Position numbers and translations under genes: made by a program
Source of the DNA: Mobula hypostoma
Taxonomy: Eukaryota
Assembly: GCF_963921235.1 (NCBI RefSeq)
Contig: NC_086097.1
Span: 193,442,001 to 193,506,000 of the forward strand
Length of the DNA stretch: 64,000 nucleotides
Reading direction: 5' to 3'
Notes under the pieces: model-generated
Databases searched by the model: none
What the model saw: only the letters and a program-made list of their open reading frames with translations
Told to the model about the DNA's origin: nothing
In this document: positions 13,517 to 25,540 of the stretch, piece after piece
Layout: every line of letters starts with the position of its first letter
Position numbering within the stretch: position 1 is the first letter of the stretch

Positions 13517-13794
13517 CACCCCCCCCTTTACTTTCTTCCCGGACCTCCTGTCCCATGATCCTCTCGTATCCCCTTTTGCCTATCATCTGTCCAGCTCTCG
13601 GCTCTATCCCTCCCCCTCCTGTCTTCTCCTATCATTTTGCATCTCCCCCTCCCCCTCCAGCTTTCAAATCCCTTACTCACTCTTCCTTCAGTTTGTCCTG
13701 ACGAAGGGTCTCGGCCTGAAACGTCGACTGCACCTCTTCCTATAGATGCTGCTTGGCCTGCTGTGTTCACCAGCAACTTTGATGTGTGTTGCAT
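13517..13794 (+). mobile_element. short Penelope-tail (pLTR-like) insertion with a 9-bp target-site duplication
   Basis: Absent from paralogous units 1 and 2. Flanked by CAATCTGAT at 13508-13516 and 13795-13803. Resembles the tail of the Penelope at 37850-38185. Confidence 0.85.
13689..13730 (+). ncRNA. minimal type I hammerhead ribozyme motif
   Basis: CTGACGA (13698-13704), stem II AGGGTCTCGGCCT, GAAAC (13718-13722), GTC triplet, and flanking CAGTT/GACTG as a possible stem I. Minimal hammerheads are an established feature of Penelope pLTRs. Confidence 0.7.
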
Positions 13795-14533
13795 CAATCT
13801 GATTCTCCAACCTACTTGCTTATTGAAATCCCCCATGAGTAACACAACATTGCCCTTTTGACATGGATTTTCTATCTCCCATTGTAATTTGTAGACCACA
13901 TCTTTGCTAATGTTCAGTGGTCTGTACATAACTCCCATCTGGGTCTTTTTACCCTTGCACTTTCTTAGCTCTACCCACAATGATTCAACACCTTTCAATC
14001 CAATACCCCCTCTTTCTAAGGGTTTGATTTCATTTTTTTTAGTAACAGAGCCTCCCTACCCATTCTAACTACCTGTACGTCCTTTCAATACTATGCGTAT
14101 CCTTGGACAATAAGCTCCCAGTTGCTGTATAATCTTCTTTCATCGATGATTCAGTTATACATGCCAATATGTATCTTCTACAAGTTCATCTAACTTATTC
14201 TCTATACTGCGTGCATTCAAATATAATACCTTCAGTCACCATCAGCGTTTACGATTTTGTCCCTCTTTTACATTGCAACTGACATAAACCCTGCCTACCT
14301 GCAATGTCATTTTCAGGAAACCATGTACTTATACTCCAAGATCGTTCTATTCTATAACAATCCCTAGGTCCACAGTTTCTAGGCTTTTCTTTGTCACCCT
14401 TTGTAAATAAAGCTACAACATTATCCACCTTTTATCTTGACGCTTCTCCCATCTCTAACAATGATGCAAATATCTCAGCCAGGTATGCCAGTTTCTTCTC
14501 TAGCTTCCCCATAAAGTTCTTGGATATACAGTA

Positions 14534-16773
14534 CACTCTATCCTGGTTCTATGCGTCTGCAGACAATGCGGATTCACAATTATGCAAGGAACCTATTTCT
14601 ACTAACGTCTCCTTATATGCGTCCAAAACTCACAGTTATGCGAGGTGCACCGCTTTCCCGCCAATAACATGTCACAGACATCCCACCTCTCCCGGAAGTT
14701 CTGGGAGTGTCCGGTTTATTGATAGCAGCTCCCTGATGCCTGGTAATTTTAGACAATATCCGGGAAATCGATTTTTTTTAGAGGGAGAGGGCGAGAGAGA
14801 GCGAGAGGGAGAGGGAGAGCGAGAGCGAGCATCCTGATTCATCTCTCTTCGTGCTAGGAAGACCTATCAGTTTTCTCCGTGGGCGGGCTTTACAGTCGAC
14901 CTCAGAAATAATGACAGTGTTGCTCGCTGCACTGTTTGCAACTGTGACTTTTCTATTGCCCATAGTGGGTTAAAATGTAAACGGTATGTTGAAGTGAGTT
15001 TAACACGTGTCATTCTAACATTAGTGTAGCTAACGTTACTTAAACTAGATGGCTAGCTGCTAAGGAGCTACTCTATTGATGTCCTACGAGATGAGGCCAA
15101 ACTCTTTGTAGACTTGCTTACAGTTTTAATAGAATAAACATGATAATATAATATAAGATAATATAAGTACATACTTTAATGTCACATTTTCTGCGTATAA
15201 CCAACTTGGTTTACAGATTAGACAAAATCACAAAACAAGGTATAATATACATCCTTGGAGGTCGACGGGGGGTGGGGAGGGGGATGCTACTTCCCTGAAA
15301 TGAGTTTTTGCAGAGTGGGATGTCTGTCAGGTGCGCTAGCCTCACACTCTCACTGTTGGGAAGAGAAGCACCGCTTTCCCGCCAATACAAATGAAGTGCG
15401 CTCGCTTCACAATCTCACTGGGACGAGAAGCACCGCTTTCCCGCCTATACAAGTGAAGTGCGATCGCCTCAAAATCTCTCTGTTGGGACGAGAAGCACCG
15501 CCTTCCCGCCAGTAGAAGTGAAGTGCGATCGCCTCAGAATCTCACTGGGACGAGAAGCACCGCCTTCCCGCTAATACAAGTGAAGTGCAATCGCCTCAGA
15601 ATCTCTCTGTTGGGAGGAGAAGCACCGCTTTCATGCCAATACAAGTGAAGTGCGATCGCCTCGCAATCTCACTCCCGCCAGTCTCGCGCTGGTTTTCGCA
15701 AGGTGTGGATGCGCGACCTTGCGCTCTTAAACATTTGTTGGTTTTACTTACGGTGCAGTGATTTTGTGATTGAAGTATTTAACCATGCCTCCTAAGCGTC
15801 CGATGTCATGTGCTGGCCATCAGCCGAGCGACAGAGAACCGCTTTAACACTTGAAAAAAGTTGGAAATTATAAACAGCGCAGCGTCAGCTGAACATAATA
15901 CAGTTGTGGAACGCTAATGTCGGGAACAGAATCTTGCCTTTAAAGTTCTTTTGTTGCTTGACAATGCGCCAGCCCATCCTAAACATTTGGGCAGCATTCA
16001 TCCTAACATAACAGTGCGTTTTCTGCCGCCTAACACAACATCGCTGATTCAACCACTCCACCGGTTTGATTCACATTTAAGACGTACGTATTTTTTTACG
16101 GCGAACTATCTCTCAGATGCTGCAAGAAACAGACGGTTTTGAAAAACCCGAGAGTTTACCAACGGTGAGTGAATGGTGGAAGTCGGAATACTTGGCACAA
16201 ATGGCGATGGACATGGACCCAAGTTTGGAACTGAGTCAGCATTTCAATCGTTCCCTGCCCTCAATCCTTCTTCCCTGCAAGCAAGTTTCTAATGAAAAAT
16301 AAAATGCTGCCGAGCAAACAACCCTCACCACTTTCTTCAAATCGGTCCCATCTCCTGCTGCTAGCAGTTCTAAGAGTTGAATGAACCTTTCTTCACCCCT
16401 TGCGATGTTTGATATGATCCTGACGACCACAACCACCCACCGTATCCATGTGAAGCTGCCCGACACCACAACAATCACTCATTTCCCGGAGCGAACACAC
16501 CTGCTACTGTTGGTGAGTACTGTACACCCTAGGATGTTAACTTTCTATGATTTATTACATTGAATATTACCTTAAATTGATGAAGTATAATAAAAATGTT
16601 ATCTTGTGATACTGCTTTTCTGTCGTATTGGTATGAAAATGCGAATAAATTATAGATAAAACATATTTAGGAAGCCCTCTGGAACGCATCCCTATTTTTT
16701 CCATTTAAATAATTATTCACATTTTGCGTCGACTGCAAGGAACGTATCCCCCACATATAACGAGTATAGGGTG
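14534..16773 (+). mobile_element. Tigger-like copy 5 (both TIRs, TA flanks; nested MITE 14675-15326)
   Basis: TA|CACTCTATCCTGGTTCTATGCG ... CACATATAACGAGTATAGGGTG|TA; DDE fragment 15951..16142; five minisatellite units. Confidence 0.88.
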
Positions 16774-17342
16774 TACCTGATCTGGCCCTGAGATCGATCT
16801 TTCTTCACATGTCTTAAGTAGATGTTATCATCAAGACCTCTCCATTAATTATTTACATTTCTAATATCTCTGTGCGTATCTCTACTGTAAAGACAGATGA
16901 AACGTTCATTCAGGACTACCTCATGCTGCTCCACAAAAAGATGTCCGTCAGACCCCATATCGAAGAAACGATGTGCTGGCATGAGAGTCCAAACGAAGCT
17001 TATGAGAATGATCTGGGAAATGAAAGAGTTAAAGTATGAGGAGCATTTGTTGGCTCTGGGTCTGTACTTGCTGGAGTTTAGAAGAATGACGGGATCTCAT
17101 TGAAACCTATCAAATATTGAAATATAGATACAATGGACAAGGAGAAGGTGTTTCTATTCTAACAGAATATGCCCTGACAAGCAGATGTAGCACTTAGGCC
17201 TCTTGCAGGGTAAGTGCCTTGAGGGAGATTAAAGGGGAGGGATGAATGGTTTAGAGAATTGTAGAGGGAATGATCCCTGTGGAAAGCAGAGGAGGGAGGA
17301 AGGTAAATATATGTTTAGTGGTAGGATCACTTTGGAGATGGC

Positions 17343-18955
17343 GACTTGCTTACAGTTGTAATAGAATAAACATGATAATATAATATAAGTACATATTTTA
17401 AGGTCACATTTTCTGCGTATAATCAACTTGGTTTACAGATTAGACAAAATCACAAAACAAAGTATTACATAAACCCTTGGAGGTCGACGGGCGGGGGGGA
17501 GGGTGAGGGATATGGGGTTGCGGGGGGCGGGGTTGCTATCTCCCTAAAATGAGTTTTTGCAGGGTGGGATGTCTGTCAGGTGCGCGCGCCACACACTCTC
17601 TCTGTTGGGACCAGAAGCACCGCTTTCCCGCCAATACAAGTGAAGTGCGATCGCCCTACAATCTCACTGGGACGAGAAGCACCGCTCTCCCGCCAGTACA
17701 AGTGAAGTGCGATCGTCTCAGAATCTCTCTGTTGGGAGGAGAAGCACCGCTTTCCCGCCAGTTACAAGTGAAGTGCAATCGTCTCAGAATCTCTCTGTTG
17801 GGAGGAGAAGCACCGCTCTCCCGCCAGTACAAGTGAAGTGCGATCGCCTCACAATCTCAGTTCCGCCAGTCTCGCACTGGTTTTCGCAAGTTGTGGATAC
17901 GTAATCTTGCGCTCTTAAACGGTTTTACCAACGGTGCAGTGATTTTGTGATTGAAATATTTAACTATGCCTCCTAAGCGTCCGATGTCATGTGCTGGCCA
18001 TCAGCCGAGCGGCAGAGAACCGCTTTAACACTTGAAAAAAGGTTGGAAATTACAAACAGCGCAGCATCAGCTGAAGATAACAGAGTTGTGGGACGCTACT
18101 GCCGGGAACAGAATCTTGCCTTTAAAGTTCTTTTGTTGCTTGACAATGCGCCAGCCCATCCTAAACATTTGGACAGCATTCATCCTAACATAACAGTGCG
18201 TTTCCTGCCGCCTGACACAACATCGCTGATTCAACCACTCGACCGGTTTGATCCACATTTAAGACGTACGTATTGTTTTACGACCAACTATCTCTCAGAT
18301 GCTGCAAGCAACAGACGGTTTTGAAAATCCCGGGAGTTTACCAACGGTGAGTGAATGGTGGAAGTCGGAACCCTTGGTACAAATGGCGATGGACATGGAC
18401 CCAAGTTTAGAACTGAGTCAGCATTTCAGTCGTTCCCTGCCCTCAATCCTTCTTCCCTACAAGCAAATTTATGCTGAAAAATAAAATGCTGCCAAGCAAA
18501 CAACCCTCACCAATTTCTTCAAACCGGTGACATCTCTTGCTGCCGGCAGTTCTAAGAGCTCGGTGAGTCTTCCTTCACCCCTTGCTGTGCTTGATATGAT
18601 CCTGACGACCACAACCATCCACCTTATCCATGTGAAGCTGCCCGACATCACAACAACCACTCATTTCCCAGAGTGAACACACCTGCCACTGTTGGTGAGT
18701 ACTGTACACCCTAGGAAGATAAATTTTTATGATTTATTACAATGAATATCACCTTAAATTGATGAAGTATAACACAAATGTTGTCTTGTGATACTGCTAT
18801 TGTGTCGCATTGGTATGAAAATGTGAATAAATTACAGATAAAACATATTTAGGAAGTCCTCTGGAACGTATCCCTATTTTCTCCATTTAAATAATTATTC
18901 ACATTTTGCGTCGACCTCGAAGAACGTATCCCCCGCATATAACGAGGATAGGGTG
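17343..18955 (+). mobile_element. Tigger-like copy 6 (starts inside the MITE)
   Basis: ORF 17989..18324; right TIR plus TA. Confidence 0.85.
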
Positions 18956-19528
18956 TACCTGATCTGGCCCTGAGATCTATCTTTCTTCACTTCTCTCAAG
19001 CAGATGTTAACATCAAGACCTCTCCATTAATTATTTACATTTCTGAAATCTCTGTGTGTATCTCTACTGTAAAGACAGATGAAACGTTCATTCAGGACTA
19101 TCTCATGTTGCTCCACAAAAAGATGTCTTTCAGACCCCATATCGAAGAAAGGATGTGCTGGCATGGGAGAGAGTTCAAACGAAGCTTATGAGTGTGATCT
19201 GGGGAATGAAAGGGTTAAAGTATGAGGAGCATTTGATGGCTCTGCGTCTGTACTTGCTGGAGTTTAGAAGAATGACGGGATCTTATTGAAACCTATCAAA
19301 TATTGAAATATAGATATAATGGACATGGAGAAGGTGTTTCTATTCTAACAGAATATGCCCTGACAAGCAGATGAAGCACTTAGGCCTCTTGCAGGGTAAG
19401 TGCCTTGAGGGAGATTAAAGGGGAGGGATGAATGGTTTAGAGAATTGTAGAGGGAATGATCCCTGTGGAAAGCAGAGGAGGGAGGAAGGTAAATATATGT
19501 TTAGTGGTAGGATCACTTTGGAGCTGGC

Positions 19529-20970
19529 GACTTGCTTACAGTTGTAATAGAATAAACATGATAATATAATATAAGTACATAGTTTAAGGTCACATTTTCT
19601 GCGTATAATCAACTTGGTTTACAGATTAGACAAAATCACAAAACAAAGTATTACATACAGCCTTGGAGGTCGACGGGCGGGGGGGAGGGTGAGGGATATG
19701 GGGTTGCGGGGGGCGGGGTTGCTATCTCCCTAAAATGAGTTTTTGCAGGGTGGGATGTCTGTCAGGTGCGCGCGCCTCACACTCTCTCTGTTGGGACCAG
19801 AAGCACCGCTTTCCCGCCAATAGAAGTGAAGTGCGATCGCCTCACAATCTCACTGGGACGAGAATCACCGCTTTCCCGCCAATACAAGTGAAGTGCGATC
19901 GCCTCACAATCTCACTCCCGGCAGTCTCGCACTGGTTTTCGCAAGTTGTGGATGCATGATCTTGCGCTCTTAAAGTTTTGTTGGTTTTACCAAAGGTGCA
20001 GTGATTTTGTGATTGAAATATTTAACTATGCCTCCTAAGCGTCCGATGTCATGTGCTGGCCATCAGCCGAGCGGCAGAAAACCGCTTTAACACTTGAAAA
20101 AAGGTTGGAAATTATAAACAGCGCAGCATCAGCTGAAGATAACAGAGTTGTGGGACGCAACCGCCTGGAACAGAATCTTGCCTTTAAAGTTCTTTTGTTG
20201 CTTGACAATGCGCCAGCCCATCCTAAACATTTGGACAACATTCATCCCAACATAACAGTGCGTTTCCTGCCGCCTAACACAACATCGCTGATTCAACCAC
20301 TCCACCGGTTTGATCCACATTTAAGACGTACGTATTTTTTTACGGCCAACTATCTCTCAGATGCTGCAAGCAACGGACGGTTTTGAAAATCCCGGGAGTT
20401 TACCAACGGTGAGTGAATGGTGGAAGTCGGAACCCTTGGTACAAATGGCGATGGACATGAATCCAAGTTTAGAACTGAGTCAGCATTTCAGTCGTTCCCT
20501 GCCCTCAATCCTTCGTCACTACAGGCAAATTTATGCTGAAAAATAAAATGCTGCCAAGCAAACAACCCTCACCACCTTCTTCAAATTGGTGTCATCTCCT
20601 GCTGCCGGAGTTCTAAGAGTTCTGTGAGTCTTTCTTCACCCCTTGCAGTGCTTGATATGATCCTGACGACCACAACCATCCACCTTATCCATGTGAAGCT
20701 GCCCGACACCCGAACAACCACTCATTTCCCGGAGCGAACACAGCTGCCACTGTTGGGGAGTATTATATTGAATATTACCTTAAATTGATGAAGTATAATA
20801 CAAATGTTGTCTTGTGATACTGCTTTTGTGTCGTATTGGTATAAAAATGTGAATAAATCACAGATAAAATATATTTAGGAACGCATCCCTATTTTCTCCG
20901 TTTAAATAATTATTCACATTTTGCGTCGACTGCGAGGAACGTATCCCCCGCATATAACGAGGATAGGGTG
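19529..20970 (+). mobile_element. Tigger-like copy 7 (starts inside the MITE)
   Basis: ORF 20051..20386; right TIR plus TA. Confidence 0.85.
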
Positions 20971-21544
20971 TACCTGATCTGGCCCTGAGATCTATTTTTC
21001 TTCACTTCTCTCAAGCAGATGTTAACATCAAGACCTCTCCATTAATTATTTACATTTCTGAAAACTCTGTGTGTATCTCTACTGTAAAGACAGATGAAAC
21101 GTTCATTCAGGACTATCTCATGTTGCTCTACAAAAAGATGTCTTTCAGGCCCCCATATCGAAGATAGGATGTGCTGGCATGGGAGAGAGTTCAAACGAAT
21201 ATTATGAGAATGATCTGGGGAATGAAAGGGTTAAAGTATGAGGAGCATTTGATGGCTCTGGGTCTGTACTTGCTGGAGTTTAGAAGAATGACGGGATATC
21301 ATTGAAACCTATCAAATATTGAAATATAGATACAATGGACAAGGAGAAGGTGTTTCTATTCTAAAAGAATATGCCCTGACAAGCAGGTGTAGCACTTAGG
21401 CCTCCTGCAGGGTAATTGCCTTGAGGGAGATTAAAGGGGAGGGATGAACGGTTTAGGGAATTGTAGAGGGAGTGATCCCTGTGGAAAGCAGAGGAGGGAG
21501 GAAGGTAAATATATGTTTAGTGGTAGGATCCCTTTGGAGATGGC

Positions 21545-24500
21545 GACTTGCTACAGCTGTAATAGAATAAACATGATAATATAATATAAGTACATATTTT
21601 AAGGTCACATTTTCTGCGTATAACCAACTTGGTTTACAGATTAGACAAAATCACGAAACAAAGTATTACATACACCCTTGGAGGTCCACGGGCGGGGGGA
21701 GGGGGAGGGATATGGGGTTGCGGGGGGCGGGGTTGCTATCTCCCTAAAATGAGTGTTTGCAGGGTGGGATGTCTGTCAGGTGCGCGCGCCACACACTCTC
21801 TCTGTTGGGACGAGAAGCACCGCTTTCCCGCCAATACAAGTGAAGTGCGATCGCCTCACAATCTCACTGTTGGGACGAGAAGCACCGCTTTCCCGCCAAT
21901 AGAAGTGAAGTGCGCTCGCCTCACAATCTCACTGTTGGGACGAGAAGCACCACTTTCCCGCCAATACAAGTGAAGTGCGATCGCTCACAATCTTACTCCC
22001 GCCAGTCTTGCACTGGTTTTCGCAAGGTGAGGATGCGTGATCTTCCGCTCTTAAGCTTTTCTTGGTTTTACTCACGGTGCAGTGATTTTGTGATTGAAAT
22101 ATTTAACTATGCCTCCTAAGCGTCCAATGTCATGTGCTGGCCATCAGCCGAGCGGCAGAAAACCGCTTTAACACTTGACAAAAGGTTGGAAATTATAAAC
22201 AGCGCAGCATCGGCTGAAGATAACAGAGTTGTGGGACGCTACTGCCGGGAACAGAATCTTGCCTTTAAAGTTCTTTTGTTGCTTGACAATGCGCCAGCCC
22301 ATCCTAAACATTTGGACAGCATTCATCCTAACATAACAGTGCGTTTCCTACCGCCTAACACAACATCGCTGATTCAACCACTCGACCGGTGTGATCCACA
22401 TTCAAGACGTACGTATTTTTTTACGGCGAACTATCTCTCAAATGCTGCAAGCAACAGACGATTTTTAAAATCCCGGGAGTTTGTTGTCGGCCCCCAACCA
22501 ACACATATTCCACTCTCCCCTCCTACCCCTCCTCACAGTCCCCCACCCTGCTCTCATGACTACACCCCTTCCCTACACGAAACCACCGCGGTGGGCTTCA
22601 CAGCTGAACAGTTGAGAAGGCAGCTGAAACGTCTCAACCCAAGCTAGGCTGCAGGACCGGATGGTGTCAATACCAGGTTGCTCAAACCCTGTGTCCCTCA
22701 GCTATGTGGAGTACTTTGCCATGTGTTCAACCTGATCCTGAGCCTCCGGAGGGTTCCTGTGCTGTGGAAGACGATCTGCCTCGTCCCTGTGCCAAAGACG
22801 CCACGCCCCAGTGGCCTCAATGACTACAGACCAGTGGCATTGACCTCCCACATCATGAAGACCCTGGGGAGACTTGTTCTGGAGCTGCTTCGGCCTATGG
22901 TCAGGCCACACTTAGATCCCCTCCAGTTCACCTACCAGCCCCGACTAGGAGTTGAGGATGCCATCGTCTACCTGCTGAACCCTGTCTATGCCCAGCTGGA
23001 CAAGCCAGTGAGCACTGTGAGGGTCATGTTTTTTGACATCTCCAGTGCGTTCAACACCATCCGCCCTGCTCTGCTGGGGGAGAAGCTGACAGCGATGCAG
23101 GTGGATGCTTTCCTGGTGTCATGGATTCTTGATTACCTGACTGGCAGACCAAAGTACGTGTGCTTGCAACACTGTGTGTGTCCGACAGAGTTTTCAGCAG
23201 CACTGGGGCTCCACAGGGGCCTGTCTTCTCTCCCTTTCTCTTCACTATTTACACCTCGGACTTCTACTGCACGGAGTCTTGTCATCTTCAGAAATTTTCT
23301 GATGAATCTGCCATAGTTGGATGCATCAGCGAGGGAGATGAGGTTGAGTACAGGGCTACGGTAGGAAACTTTGTCACATGGTGTGAGCAGAATTATCTGC
23401 AGCTTAATGTGAAAAAGACTAAGGAGCTGGTGGTAGACCTGAGGACAACTAAGGTACCGGTGACCCCTGTTTCCGTCCAAGGGGTCAGTGTGGACATGGT
23501 GGAGGATTACAAATACCTGGGGATACGAATTGACAATAAACTGGACTGGTCAAAGAACACTGAGGCTTTCTACAAGAAGGGTCAGAGCCGTCAATTTCCT
23601 GAGGAGATTGAGGTCCTTTAACATCTGCCGGACGATGCTGAGGATGTTTTACGAATCTGTGGTGGCCAGTGTGATCATGTTTGCTGTTGTGTGCTGGGGC
23701 AGCAGGCTGAGGGTAACAGATACCAACAGAATCAACAAACTCATTCGTAAGGCCAGTGATGTTGTGGGGATGGAACTGGACTCTCTGACAGTGGTGTCTG
23801 AGAAGAGGATGCTGTCCAAGTTGCATGCCATCTTGGACAATGTCTCCCATCGACTACCTAATGTACTGGTTGGGCACAGGAGTACATTCAGCCAGAGATT
23901 CATTCTACCAAGATGCAACGCAAGGCATCATAGGAAGTCATTCCTGCCTGTGACCATCAAACTTTACAACTCCTCCCTTGGAGGGTCAGACACCTTGAGC
24001 CAATAGGCTGGTCCTGGACTTATTTCCTGGCATAATTTACATATTACTATTTAATTATTTATGGTTTTATTACTATTTAATTACTTATGGTGCAGCTATA
24101 ACGAAAACCAATTTCCCCCGGGATCATTAAAGTATGACTATGACTATGACTATGACTATGTTTACCAATGGTGAGTGAATGGTGGAAGTCGGAACACTTG
24201 GCACAAATGGCGATGGATATGGACCCAAGTTTAGAATAGTGTCAGCATTTCAGTCATTCCCTGCGCTCAACCCTTCTTCCCTACAAGTAAATTTATGCTG
24301 TAAAGTAAAATGCTGCCAAGCAAACCACCCTCATCACTTTCTTCAAATCGGTGTCATCTCCTGCTGCCGGCAGTTCTAAGAGTTCTGTGAGTTTTCCTTG
24401 CGGTGCTTGATATGATCCTGATGACCACAACCTCCCACCTTCTCCATGTGAATCTGGCTGACACCACAACAATCACTCCTCTTCCGGAGTGAACATACCT

Positions 24501-24771
24501 GCTACTGTTGGTGAGTACTGTACATCCTAGGATGTTAACTTTCTGTGATCTATTACATTGACTATTACCGTAAGTCGATGAAATATAATATAAATGTTAT
24601 CTTGTGATACTGCTTTTGTGTCGTATTGGTATGAAAATGTAAATAAATTACAGATAAAATATAGTTAGGAAGGCCTCTGGAACGCATCCCTATTTTCTCC
24701 ATTTAAATAATTATTCAAATTTCGCGTCGACTGTGAGGAACGTATACCCCGCATATAACAAGGATAGGGTG
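21545..24771 (+). mobile_element. Tigger-like copy 8, split by a Rex1/Babar insertion
   Basis: The N-terminal part of ORF 22132..22647 is Tigger. Tigger sequence resumes at 24160 exactly where it stopped. Confidence 0.87.
22483..24159 (+). mobile_element. Rex1/Babar-type LINE, 5'-truncated RT pseudogene
   Basis: AAGPDG, LNDYRPVALTSHIMKTL, FFDISSAFNTI, GAPQG.V.SPFLF..YT, LQKFSDESAIVG and C-terminal FLRRLRSFNICRTML. It has a stop and frameshifts, a (TATGAC)n tail at 24133-24160 and GTTT duplicated at both ends. Confidence 0.92.
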
Positions 24772-24944
24772 TACCTGATCTGGCCCTGAGATCTATCTTT
24801 CTTCACATGTTTTAAGTAGATGTTACCATCAAGACCTCTCCGTTAATTATCTACATTTCTGAAATCTCTGTGTGTATCTCTACTGTAAAGACAGATGAAA
24901 TGTTCATTCAGGACTATCCCATGTTGCTCCACACAAAGATCTAA

Positions 24945-25468
24945 TTCAGGCCCCATATCTAAGAAAGGATGTGCTGGCATGGGAGAGAGTCCAAACGAAG
25001 CTTATGAGAATGATCTGGGGAATGAAACGGTTAAAGTATGAGGAGCATTTGATGGCTCTGGGTCTGTACTTGCTGGGGTTTAGAAGAATGAGGGGATCTC
25101 ATTGAAACCTACCAAATATTGAAATATAGATACAATGGACATGGAGAAGGTGTTTCTATTCTAACAGTGGGAGAGTTGAGGATCAGAGAGCACAGAGTCA
25201 GAATAGAATGGTGCCCCTGTCGAACAGGGATGAGGAGGAATTTCTTTAGCAAGATTGTAATAAATCTGTGGAATTCATTACCATAGTCAGCTGTGGAGGC
25301 CAAGTCAACAGATGGTGATAGGTTCTTGATCAGTAAGAGCGTCAAAGGTTACGGGGTGGCTTGGGGTATTCAAGTGAAATGGGTTGAGAGACAAAAGAAA
25401 TCAGCCATGTTTGAATGGCCGGGCAGATGATACATGCTCTAATTCTTCTATGCCTTATCATCTTATGA
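24945..25468 (+). mobile_element. CR1 LINE 3' end (the uninterrupted donor copy)
   Basis: The same CR1 RT tail as in the other units, but it continues past CTAACAG through RRNFFS..VINLWNSLP to a CR1-type 3' end (..CTTATCATCTTATG). Confidence 0.85.
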
Positions 25469-25540
25469 GACAGATTGGAATCTAGGTTAGCCTGATCAGT
25501 AAATTTTCTGACAATGTGTAAATTCATGGAGTTATGGATC

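Larger units (their letters stand above)
630..25167. repeat. 8-unit tandem segmental duplication array of a chimeric TE block
   Basis: The same junction TTCTATTCTAACAG|AATATGCCCTGACA recurs at ~5111, 8225, 10851, 12363, 17165, 19351 and 21367. Units are about 4482, 3114, 2626, 1512, 4802, 2186, 2016 and 3800 bp. Confidence 0.95.

Noticed and set aside
22132..22647. Novel transposase-RT fusion protein
   Set aside because: It is chance read-through at an insertion junction, ends at a stop before the RT core, and both parents are decayed.
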